Shown here: piece by piece, positions 41,848-53,803 of the stretch | How positions within the stretch are numbered: position 1 is the first letter of the stretch | Layout: every line of letters begins with the position of its first letter | DNA from: Eledone cirrhosa | Lineage: Eukaryota | Reading direction: 5' to 3' | DNA length: 53,803 nt | Assembly (NCBI GenBank): GCA_964016885.1 | Contig: CAXHJY010000697.1 | Span: 1-53,803, forward strand | Program-made: the position numbers and the translations under genes | Notes under the pieces: model-generated | What the model saw: only the letters and a program-made list of their open reading frames with translations | Database searches by the model: none | What the model was told of the DNA's origin: nothing

Positions 41848-42268
41848 CCTTGTCTGGCTTTCTGGAGAATAGAGGAAAGGTGTTTCCTCGAAAACCAGTA
41901 TGACTCTAAAAACCGGTTTGTCTGTGTGTTTACATACAGAATAGCTGGACACTCACAGTAAAGTGTCCAGTGAAAAACTCGGTACATCTACATATGTACA
42001 CGTGTGTGTATTCATATGCATACTAGTATTTCAGTATACATATGTGGATGTACATTTTTAACTTAATTGTTTAAGCGTCAGTCATACAAAAGTGAGTTAC
42101 AAACGAAACGAAATTTAATTTCGTTTCGTTATTTGTTTTTATCGTCTCCGCTGAACCGGTACGTACTCACGCTCTATGCAAATTAGTCTGCCCACTACTA
42201 ATTTTCATAGAAAAAGCATATAACGATATGTGCTTTTACGATTCTCTAGAAAGGCCGGAAGATAGGTA

Positions 42269-42313
42269 AATATTGCTGATGAGATGTAACAACATCGAAA
42301 CTAGTCCAATATT
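42269..42313 (+). ncRNA. Minimal type I hammerhead ribozyme (array unit 4)
   Basis: Identical to 40871-40915, +1398 bp. Confidence 0.9.
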
Positions 42314-43121
42314 CCTTGTCTGGCTTTCTGGAGAATAGAGGAAAGGTGTTTCCTCGAAAACCAGTATGACTCTAAAAACCGGTTTGTCTGTGTGTTTACA
42401 TACAGAATAGCTGGACACTCACAGTAAAGTGTCCAGTGAAAAACTCGGTACATCTACATATGTACACGTGTGTGTATTCATATGCATACTAGTATTTCAG
42501 TATACATATGTGGATGTACATTTTTAACTTAATTGTTTAAGCGTCAGTCATACAAAAGTGAGTTACAAACGAAACGAAATTTAATTTCGTTTCGTTATTT
42601 GTTTTTATAATATATATATAATATATATATAATATATATATATATAATATATATATATATAATATAATATATATATAATATAATATATATATAATATAAT
42701 ATATATATAATATAATATATATATAATATAATATATATATAATATAATATATATATAATATATATATATATAATATATATATAATATATATAATATATAT
42801 ATATATAATATAATATATAATATATATAATATAATATATATATAATATAATATATATAATATAATATATATATATATATATAATATATATAATATAATAT
42901 ATATAATATAATATATATAATATATATATATATAATATATTTATATATAATATATATAATATATATATATATATATAATATATATAATATATATATATAT
43001 AATATATATAATATATATATATATAATATATATAATATATATATATATATATATAATATATATAATATATATATATATATATAATAATATATATATTTAT
43101 ATATAATATATATATATATAT

Positions 43122-43553
43122 ATAAAATATTAAACAAATAATGAATAAAAAAATGAAACAGTTCCTTATATTAAACAAAAAAAGTTCATTATTTAACGAT
43201 CGTTTCTAGGGTATATATGTGTTAGAATTGGCATGCATATTCAACAGATCTATGTACAAAATTATACAAAATTATACAAACTATCAAGATTAAATATACA
43301 TACCAAACACACTTATACGCCGTCTTCAGAAATAATCATTTATTTCTGAAGACGGCGTATATGTGTGTTTGGTATGTATATTTAATCTTGATAGTTTGTA
43401 TAATTTTGTATAATTTTGTACATAGATCTGTTGAATATGCATGCCAATTCTAACACATATATACCCTAGAAACGATCGTTAAATAATGAACTTTTTTTGT
43501 TTAATATAAGGAACTGTTTCATTGTTTTATTCATTATTTGTTTAATATTTTAT
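43122..43553. repeat. Long palindrome (~214-bp arms, 4-nt loop) forming the end of a family F element
   Basis: Arms are reverse complements with two mismatches seen; unique tail 43554-43688 has an inverted homologue at 51052-51182. Confidence 0.9.
43337..43488 (+). ncRNA. Hammerhead motif with very long stem II (family F)
   Basis: TTATTT-CTGAAGA-~116 nt closed by gtatatgtgtgtt/aacacatatatac-GAAA-CGATCG-TT-AAATAA; palindromic stem III. Mirror copy on the minus strand at 43187-43335. Confidence 0.55.
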
Positions 43554-43749
43554 CTTGACTCTGTATTCCGTTTATCTTTCACCGAAAGTGATTTTTCATT
43601 ACATCTCTTCTTTCCATGATATCCGGAATACATTGAGTTCTTCATACGGATTGGACACTACCGTAAACTCTTGGTAGATTTATCTACATATATATATATA
43701 TATATAATATATATATTATATATATATATAATATATATATTTATATATA

Positions 43750-43780
<31 letters not shown>

Positions 43781-44088
43781 ACAACAGCTACAACAACAAC
43801 AACAACAGCAGCAACAACAACATCAACAACAACACCTGCACTGGCAGCAGCAGTCGTAGTGATAGTATTACCCCGCTAACAACAACAACAGACGACGGCG
43901 ACAACAGCGACATCGGTGTATATATGTATATATATACATATATCTATATATACATATGTGTATATATACATATATACATATGTGTATATATGCATATATA
44001 CATATGTATATATATATATAAATGAAGTATTTCCGTAGGAAAGTTAAAGGAAAAGAGAGTGCTCTATGTAGGCTACAGAGCTTTTTAA

Positions 44089-44239
44089 TTATGTAATAAA
44101 CAACATAAGATAATTAATTCATTTACCAGTGGTTTCTTGAAGACAGGTATTTATATCGGTCTTCAGAAGACATATAAATACCTGTCTTCAAGAAACCACT
44201 GGTAAATGAATGAATTATCTTATGTTGTTTATTACATAA
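44089..44239. repeat. Palindrome in a family G element
   Basis: 68-bp arms, 15-nt spacer containing minus-strand CTGAAGA; family copies at ~19680-19830 and ~46410-46618. Confidence 0.8.
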
Positions 44240-44299
44240 ATAGTTTAGTCCCTGTAATTTATGAGCTCAAAGGAAAAAGAATCATGGGGTCTTCAAACA

Positions 44300-44366
<67 letters not shown>

Positions 44367-46649
44367 AGTTAAACTACGCAGTTGTGAGTTATCTGTACAA
44401 TAGTGAATGTCATTTGTTGTGTCATCTGAGCATCAGATGAGGGTTATTCCTAATAAAATGAGATGGTGCTAAAATAAATATAATACAATTAATTTACTAG
44501 AATCCAATAAAAACGATATAACAAAGATGCCATAGTTATTTGTAGGAGAAAAGTAATTAACCAAAATTATGAGGACAGTTAATTAGGCAGTTAATGAGAC
44601 ATGGAAATATTATATAACTATTTATTTCGTTGTTTTTTTTCGTGTTTCTCCGATGCTTGTAATTACAAACTTCCATCAAATATGGTGTTTATGATTTCAG
44701 GTAGGACTTGTAGAGCGTCGCTTCAACGAAATCCTTCTCTAATGACAGCCCATTATGCTCCCTCCGTCGGTTTCTATGATGAGTCGTCAGATATTCGATT
44801 TATTCAGCTATCGGACACATTCAGTTAATTAATGCATAAGTGGCTGAGTATTCCTCAGTCAGGTGCACCCTCAACATAATTCTACAGTGGGATATAATAT
44901 ATGACAACGCTGTACCTTTAAATTACTGGTGCATTGCATTCAACAGTCTTCGGCGTAGTCACACAGGATCGAATCCAAGCAAGCGGCCATATCTTTGGTC
45001 TCTTCCCATCCCCAAAAATGTGGGCCGGGGACCATGGACACACTATATGTCTATAGTTGTCATCGGGAAAAATGTGACATCGGTTGGTCCCGATTCCTCG
45101 TTCTGCCATTAATCAGAAGCTGGCAACTGAGTCACAGCTCATCCACCATCCTCACCTGGAGGAAGCTGTTGTCCAGTTGAAGGGTTGTCACAATGCTGAC
45201 TAAATATTCCCGTCTGCCCACGTTGGAATCAGAGTGATCCATCTCCTAAAGATATTGCCAAACAAAGTTATCGGTCTATCGATCTATCGAGTTCTGCCTG
45301 CTAGTATTGGATGGCTGTTGATTCTCCCGAGTTTATACAACCTTTGGCGGGTTTTGGTTTTCCTCCCGTCCCACAATGTAACCAAGCGCAAGTTGGTGGT
45401 GTTGTCAGATTAGTTGCCAATGACCACATGACAGATTGTACTGAGTCACATGTTACCAGTAGCACTTGGAAGTCCCATGACCATACATGTGCTATATACC
45501 TTACTATTAATGCAAATAGAAGGGTGCTGATTGGTAGAATGGGTAGATCGTCAGAGTGCATACTGTGCGTTATATACTTATGATTCTTTACGATTTATGA
45601 GTTCAAATCCCACCGAGGTTAGCTTTGCCTTTCATCCTTACGGGGTCGATACAATAAAGTACCAGTAACACATTGGGCTCGATTTAATCGACTTTTCCCC
45701 TCAACCAAAATTGTTGGCATTGTCCCTCAATCCTAAACCTTTAAAGTAAATCGAAGGTGAGGTTTAAAGATGTAGTCTTAATTATGCAATGTCCGAGAAA
45801 TTGGCAGGATGACCATAGGGGCTTTGGAAGTCTCAACGTCAACAATAATAACACCATATTGAATATCTAACACGACATAAGGTGATATATTGAATGGCGT
45901 GAACTGCTGTTAGTCAGAATTCTATTTAATTGAATAGAGTTAAAGTAAAGGGACATAACTGAGGATGTCATATATTAGAATGGCTGTTTAAAATAAAATG
46001 GTATTTATTTGATTTAAACATTAACAGAATCGGCTCTCAATACGTGGAAATTTATTTCCTGCGTAGGAAATTGGCAAGGGTTTCCTACCAATATTTAAAT
46101 CAATTGACACCAAAGAAGGTACAAATAATTTTATTAATGTCTAAACACGTTTCAACTGCAATATTACCAGGTAACTCTAAAGCATTGTGAGGACATTAAT
46201 TCGGGATCAGGGTTTGTCTCAGCATCCAAGCGGGGTTAGTCCATCTGAGACGATTAAAGATCCAGAAACGGTGCCATTTGGCTGCTCTTCCTTGAAGAAT
46301 TCCCATATGATTAAATATACAATCACCCACCCTATATATATATTGCCTTGTCGACGAACGAATGAGGACGTTTTTTTTTTTTTTTTTTTCGTATTCGTCT
46401 TATTCGGGAAACTTCTGGTAATGAGGTAATTATATTGTATTGTTTATTATACATAAAATTTTGCTCTCGTACTTACATAGAGCACTTTTCACTCCTATGA
46501 CTTTTTCAATTTTCAACGGAAACTTCAATACATATATATATATATACAATTATAATTAAATAGCTCTGTACAATACATAGAGCACTCTTCTTTCCTTTAC
46601 CTTTTCTACGGAAATACATAACACACACAGACATATATATATGATATTT

Positions 46650-48515
46650 CCGAGGTTGCTAGGCCGAGGGGTGGCAGTGGGGATCAGCTCGCTCTACTTT
46701 TTAAAAAATGCTCCTCACGGCTTGCGCCTCAGAAAGCCTCTGGCAACCAAGTACAAGTCCTGGCCTTCTCGTGTGGCTTAACGTGTAAGCTCGGCAGAGC
46801 CACTGATGGCTTACCTGCTGCGAAGGCATCAGGATCGGACAGCATTCCCCCAGAGGTCATCAAGTGTGCAAAGGGAGTGCTACTTAGTCTCTGTTTGAAG
46901 CTACTGTGTCACTGCTGGGAAGAGGGAACAATCCTCTAAGACATGAGAGACTTGAACATTGTCACCCTCTATAAAAACAAAGGGGGACAGTCAATGCCCA
47001 AGTGGTCTTGAACAGACTACAGAAAATCGCTGAGAGCGTATACCCCGAATCTCAGTGTGGTTTCATAGCAGACATTCCACCATCGACATGATGTCCTCCA
47101 TTCGACAGCTGCAGGAGATATCACGAGAGCAAAGGAAACCACTATACATCACCTTCATCGACCTGACGAAGGCATTCGATCTAGTTAGTAGAGACGGCCT
47201 GTTCAAAATCCTTGCCAGGTTTCGTTGTTCTCTAAGAATTCTTAGGATAGTCCAGTCGTTTCATGAATATATGAAAGGTGTCATTTAATTTGATGGCTCC
47301 TTTTGGGGGGCATGTAACATATGCAGCAGTGTGAAGCAGGGATGTGTGCTAGCATCCATCCGGTTTGGCCTCTTTTTCACAGTCATGCTAAGACATGCAT
47401 TTGGAGAGTCGACTAAAGGTGTCTACCTTAACACCAGGCGGGAGGCTGTTTAGTTTGTCAAGGCTGAAAGCGGAATGCAAGGTTCGTCAGGTACTCATCA
47501 GAGAAATGCTGTTTGCGGATGACGCTGTGTCGGTCGCGAATTCTGAGGAGCAAATGCAGCACCTCATGAAACAGCTCTCGGGGGCCTTTCAGGAATTAAG
47601 CCTGACCATTAGTCTGAAGAAAACCAACGTGCTGGGCCAAAACGTCAAGCGCATCCTCCTCCATGACCAACACCATCATCACCATCAACAATTACGAGCT
47701 GGAGGTGGTCTACGAATTCATCTACCTTGGCTCGACCATCACTGACAACCTTTCCCTGGAATCCTGGATAAGTGGGAAAGTTGGATGAGCAACTTCTACA
47801 TGTGTCAGGCTGACCAAGAGAATCTGGGAGAACAGAAAACTAACTACAAACACCAAGATTGCTGTCTACAAGGCATGTGTCTCAGCACACTACTTTACCA
47901 GAGCGAGACATGGAACCTCTACTCCAGACAGGAGTGGAGTCTCAATGTCTTCCACCTTCCTTGCCTGAGCGCATTGTGGATACAAGTGGACCGACCGGGT
48001 CACCAACACTGAAGTCCTCAACCGTGCCAAGATACCCAGCATATACACCCTGCTCAAACAGTGTCGTCTGCGCTGGCTTGGATACGTACATCATACGCCG
48101 GAAGGATCCCAAAAGACCTACTGTCTGGGGAACTGGGCTCCGGCACAAGGACGAGATAATCTTCGTTTCAAAGGTGTCTATAGGGGGGGGGGGGTATGAC
48201 GTCAATAGACCGGGACACCCAGAAATGGGAGGAGGTCACTAATGACCGCACATGATGGAAACGAGTACTAGCAAGGGGATGGAGCGAGGGGAGAAGAAAC
48301 TGAAACTTGCCTCCGAGGAAAAGCCTGCTCGAAAACAAAATAACAACAACAACACAATAGCCCCGATGAGAGAATCTTCTAATGCAGTCCCTGTATACAG
48401 GATTGTCACACCTGTGTGGGCCTGTACGGCCACAACTGACACTGCACTGCCAACAGGAGCTGTCACAAAATTCTCCAGGTGCAGATCCATGGACTTTCGA
48501 GACCGACGGATGCCA
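46650..48515 (+). mobile_element. Decayed RTE/BovB-like LINE with 5' UTR remnant joined to the RT region
   Basis: KASGSDSIPPEV..., YPESQCGF, FIDLTKAFDLVSRDGL, VKQGCVLA, REMLFADDA, LYQSETW, LRWLGYV motifs across frames with stops; endonuclease region apparently deleted. Confidence 0.88.
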
Positions 48516-48527
48516 AAAATATAATAT

Positions 48528-48795
48528 AATTGTTTCTACTTTTGGCACAAGGCCAACAATGACCCCAGTGCATTACTGGTGATTTATTTTATCAACCCCG
48601 TAATGATGAACAGCAAAGTTAAACTCGGCGGGATTTGAACTAAGAAAGTAAAGGACCATAACTCTATGCTGCAAATCATGGTGTCTGACCCTCTACCGGT
48701 ATTGCCAACCAACGAACCAAATAATGTAGAGGTTAACTTTGCCTTTCATCCTTACGGGGTCGATAAAATAAAGTACCAGTAATACACTGGGATAA
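48528..48795. mobile_element. Minus-strand SINE followed by an inverted partial copy
   Basis: 48528-48712 minus, 48729-48795 plus. Confidence 0.75.
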
Positions 48796-50102
48796 TTATA
48801 TAATATATATATATATATATATTATATTTATTTACATATACACACACACACATTATATATATATATATATATATATGAATAGAGAAAGATAGGAGACTGA
48901 ATTTAAGAGGGAGAAAGAGACATGATAGTTTCCATAGACAGACTAAGCCAGTGTAAGACTAATAAACGACCAAACCGCAGCTAACTATCTCAGAGAAGAT
49001 TAAAACGAAACGTTTTCTTTTTCCATTCGTTCATTTTAATATAATAGAATGTAAGAGTGGAAATTACTTTCCAATCAGCAAACACTGACAGAAGACAAGC
49101 AAGCATTCTAATTTAGTTTCCAATCACTAAAGAAATGTATCGAATCAGATTGAATTAACTTCGCTGAACAGACCGATGATCCAATAATTAATCAAGTTGA
49201 TTATTATCGATACAGAACGAAAATGAAAACGAAAAGGAAAACAAACGAAAGAAAGAAAAATTTGAAGGAAAATGTTATTGTTTTATTGCAGCCTTTTACC
49301 TGTGACTAATATTTAAATGTCTTTATTTCAACCTACTAAATACCTGTATTGATTAAATCAGATGAGTAAATATTCGATAGATGTTTTAATTAAGAATTAC
49401 TGACGGAATACTTGAAATAACCTTATTTTTCTTGTTGATCTTTAACTCTTAACGTCGAGCAGTAGTTTAACAGAAATATGTCTGAAACAAGGTTGGTAAT
49501 TCGAATGTTTATAGTATCTTTACTAGTCGACTGATTGTCGTGAACATTTGCTGTATTATCTCTCAATAGCCTGTTAGGGTTAGCGGCAAATATCAATAAA
49601 CGGATTTGTTAATCTAATTGTTAATATTATCTCTACTAGTGAGCTGATAAAGGCGAACATGTGCAACCTTATCTCTTAAGATCTACACCTCACAGACACT
49701 AATAACTGTTAGTCGAATTTTTTTGTCTTTACTGGACCTTTTTCTGTTTCTTCATTGTGACCCTGTCTCTATTTTGTACTCCTAAAGAAGGGTTAAAGCC
49801 CGACACGTCGAACTTTTTTTCCGCTTTCCTATATAAAGTGTGAAACTAATAAGACTTTGTACCTGATTGTTGTCTCCTTAAACTATATATATGTATACAC
49901 ACCCACACGGACACACACATACATATATATAACGTATGCCAAAATCTCAATTTAAGGGGACTACAGGATGTTGGCATCAGTTTAATACGTAAAATTACTT
50001 CTCTAAGTTTGATAATTTATCTCTATACTTTACCCATACATTCGGCTAAGTATGGCAAACAACGTTTTAAAATATATGTGTGAGAGAGAGAGAGAGAGAG
50101 AG

Positions 50103-50165
<63 letters not shown>

Positions 50166-50407
50166 TGCATAATTACATATATACATCCATCTATACACAG
50201 ACACACAACCATATATATATATGTGTGTGTGTGTAGGTTTTAAGGGCACTTGTTAATTAAATGTAAAATAGCAACTATATAATTAGACGGAAATTAGATG
50301 TAAACTTTATTGCTAAAAATTAATTGGCAAAAATTCATTTCCCTTGCAATTACAGACTTTATTTGATTTTAGAGTGTGCCTTCTTTCTTTCTTTCTTTCT
50401 TTCTTTT

Positions 50408-50468
<61 letters not shown>

Positions 50469-50879
50469 CCCCACCCACTTCCACTTTCTTACTTCTCCAT
50501 GTCACACTCTGTTCTACCGCTGCAAATGATAGTGATGGTGATGATGTCCTTGTTGTTGTTACGATTGGTGATAGTCATGGCGGTGATACTAAAGATATAT
50601 CATTGTTGATATGATGATGATGATGATGATGATGATGGTGGTGGCGATGATGAATGTCATGAAAATACACTATTGTATTGAAAACGGTAAGAGCAAACAT
50701 TCCATGAAAGGAGTGTATGGGCCTTCATATAGGGTAGGAGTAAACCCCCCCCCCCGCGCCACCCGCCCCCATTCGGCCACGAATGACCAGGGATATTGCG
50801 CCAAGAAAGTTCACTTCCAAGACCCAGGTCCGACTAATATATACACCAACCTCCCCTAACCGAAACCACAGATGTTGTC

Positions 50880-51022
50880 AAAGCGAAAGGCAATGGCCGA
50901 TACAGCTTGGCACTAGTAACATCACAACTCATTTCTACAGCTTATTAAACTGGAGCAACGTGAAATAAAGTGCCTTGCTCAAGGACACAATATAGAACTC
51001 GTTCCAGGATTCGAACTCACAA
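50880..51022 (-). mobile_element. Fragment of a second tRNA-derived SINE family
   Basis: Minus strand GAGTTCGAATCC B-box followed by gtgtccttgagcaaggcactttatttcacgttgctccagt. Confidence 0.6.
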
Positions 51023-51222
51023 ACCCCTTATAATATATATATATATATATATGTAGATAAATCTACCAAAAGTTTACGGTCGTGTCCAATCCGTATGAAG
51101 AACTCAATGTAATCCGGATATCATGAAAAGAAGAGATGCATTCAAAAATCACTTTCGGTGAAAGATAAACGGAATACAGAGTATTTTTTTTATATTTTAA
51201 TATTTTTTTAATATTTTATATA

Positions 51223-51261
<39 letters not shown>

Positions 51262-51301
51262 GATATTAAATAAATGGAAACTATATTTATAAAACCATAT
51301 T

Positions 51302-51366
51302 TATTTTATTATACATATTTCAGGGATACCAAATTAAAATATAGCATGCCTTCGTCAGATAAAATA
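51302..51366 (-). ncRNA. Minimal hammerhead motif, family A
   Basis: Minus strand: TATTTTAT-CTGACGA-...-GAAA-TATGTA-TA-ATAAAATA; stem II weakly paired. Confidence 0.58.
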
Positions 51367-51647
51367 CAATATATAAACAGTTTTATAAATAATTTTGACG
51401 TTCCCTATTAGAAGCGACCATTATTTTTGGAGGCTGTCTGGATATATATATATAGGAAACAGTATGACCCGGACGGCAGAGCTCAAGCCGTTTCGATGTG
51501 TATTTCTGGATTAACAGAAATAGCCGTCGAAACGGCATGAGCTCTGCCGTTGGGGTAATACTTTTTCCTATTTCCCACTCTACTAACTTAAGTATTGAGT
51601 ACTCTGGTGCGTTATGGTCCATCTGGTTCCTTACCACAATTCCTCTG

Positions 51648-51692
<45 letters not shown>

Positions 51693-51720
51693 ATACGTAT
51701 TATATATATATATATATATC

Positions 51721-51753
<33 letters not shown>

Positions 51754-52026
51754 CATATATATACATATGAATATATATATGTATATATATATATATCATA
51801 TATATATACATATATATACATATGAATATATATATGTATATATATATATATCATATATATATACATATATATACATATGAATATATATATATATATCATA
51901 TATATATCCATATATATATATATATATATCATATATATATATATATATATATCATATATATATCCATATATATATATATATATATATATATCATATATAT
52001 ATCCATATATATATATATATATATAT

Positions 52027-52061
<35 letters not shown>

Positions 52062-52157
52062 TATATATATATATATATATATATCATATATATATATATA
52101 TATATATATCATATATATATATATATATATATATATCATATATATATATATATATAT

Positions 52158-52197
<40 letters not shown>

Positions 52198-52212
52198 TAT
52201 AAATATATATAC

Positions 52213-52253
<41 letters not shown>

Positions 52254-52322
52254 CATATATATAAATATATATATATATATACATATATATCATATATATA
52301 TATACATTTATATATATATATC

Positions 52323-52366
<44 letters not shown>

Positions 52367-52380
52367 CATATATATATATC

Positions 52381-52411
<31 letters not shown>

Positions 52412-52491
52412 CATATATCATATATATATACATATAGTGAGATGGTTACCAGTCAGAGTTTAGCTTTAAACTATCTCTGTTATTGTATTAA

Positions 52492-52532
<41 letters not shown>

Positions 52533-52679
52533 TATATACATATATATATAGATATATATATATATATCATATATATATACATATATATATATATCATATA
52601 TATATACATATATATATATATCATATATATATACATATATATATATATCATATATATATACATATATATATATATCATA

Positions 52680-52732
<53 letters not shown>

Positions 52733-52773
52733 CATATATATATATATATATATATATATCATATATATATATC

Positions 52774-52806
<33 letters not shown>

Positions 52807-53607
52807 TACATATATATATCATATATATATACATATATATATCATATACATATATATATATCATATACATATATATACATATATATATACATATATATAT
52901 ATATCATATATATATACATATATATATATATACATATATATATACATATATATATATATCATATACATATATATATATATCATATATATATACATATATA
53001 TATATATCATATACATATACATATATATATATATCATATACATATACATATATATATATATCATATATATATACATATATATATATATATACATATATAT
53101 ATACATATATATATATATACATATATATATACATATATATATACATATATATATACATATATATATACATATACATATATATATACATATATATATACAC
53201 ATATATATATATATATACACATATACATATATATATACATATATATATACACATATATATATATATATACACATATATATATATATATATACATATATAT
53301 ACATATATATATACATATATATATATACATATATATACATATATATAAAATATATATATATATACATATATATACATATATATATACATATATATATATA
53401 TACATATACATATATATATACATACATATACATATATATATACATATATATATACATATATATATATATACATATATATACACACATATATATATATACA
53501 TATATATATACATATATATATATATACATATATATATACATATATATACATATATATACACATATATATACATATATATATACACATATATATACATATA
53601 TATATAC

Positions 53608-53738
<131 letters not shown>

Positions 53739-53803
53739 TATATATATACATATATATATACACACATATATATATATACACATATATATATATACACACA
53801 TAT

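Larger units (their letters stand above)
39822..42608. mobile_element. 466-bp tandem array with one hammerhead per unit (non-LTR retrozyme / non-autonomous Penelope-like), with internal inversion
   Basis: Identical 60-aa ORFs recur every 466 bp (40838, 41304, 41770, 42236); about 4.6 units run one way (40467-42608) and 1.4 units are inverted (39822-40469); both flanks are TA/TAA microsatellite. Confidence 0.88.

Noticed and set aside
39938-42418. Repeated 60-aa ORF MSSYSVCKH...
   Set aside because: GTG start, antisense to the ribozyme, no recognisable domain; a by-product of the tandem unit.
44765-44800. Minus-strand CTGACGA...GAAA-CCGACGG
   Set aside because: Lacks the required U16.1 and stem I pairing.
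44840-45580. Short ORFs in moderately GC-rich sequence, possibly an LTR-element remnant
   Set aside because: No recognisable motif; cannot support a call without a search.

Overview
AT-rich, microsatellite-dense eukaryotic (animal) genomic DNA. The tRNA-derived SINE family and the (TA)n load suggest an octopus or other coleoid cephalopod; this is inference. The only host coding sequence I can support is one exon encoding the second LIM domain of an LMO4-like gene (+ strand, 31120-31378), plus a possible small terminal exon at 33517. I found no LIM1 exon upstream, so the first ~31 kb is probably one large intron. The rest is SINEs, decayed LINE fragments from several clades (RTE, CR1/L2-like, Tx1/L1-like, R4/Dong-like) and simple repeats; almost all ORFs in the supplied track are microsatellite artefacts. 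The notable hidden structure is a set of non-coding elements carrying minimal type I hammerhead ribozyme motifs (CUGANGA-stem II-GAAA-short palindromic stem III-UH), inserted in (TA)n tracts and often folded back into long palindromes. The best case is a near-perfect 466-bp tandem array (39822-42608) with one intact GUC-cleaving hammerhead per unit and an internal inversion, i.e. a retrozyme/Penelope-like non-autonomous element predicted to make a 466-nt (circular) RNA. About a dozen further hammerhead motifs from at least five other families occur, one about 175 nt upstream of the LMO4 splice acceptor. All ribozyme calls are from manual folding; none has been tested or searched against a database.
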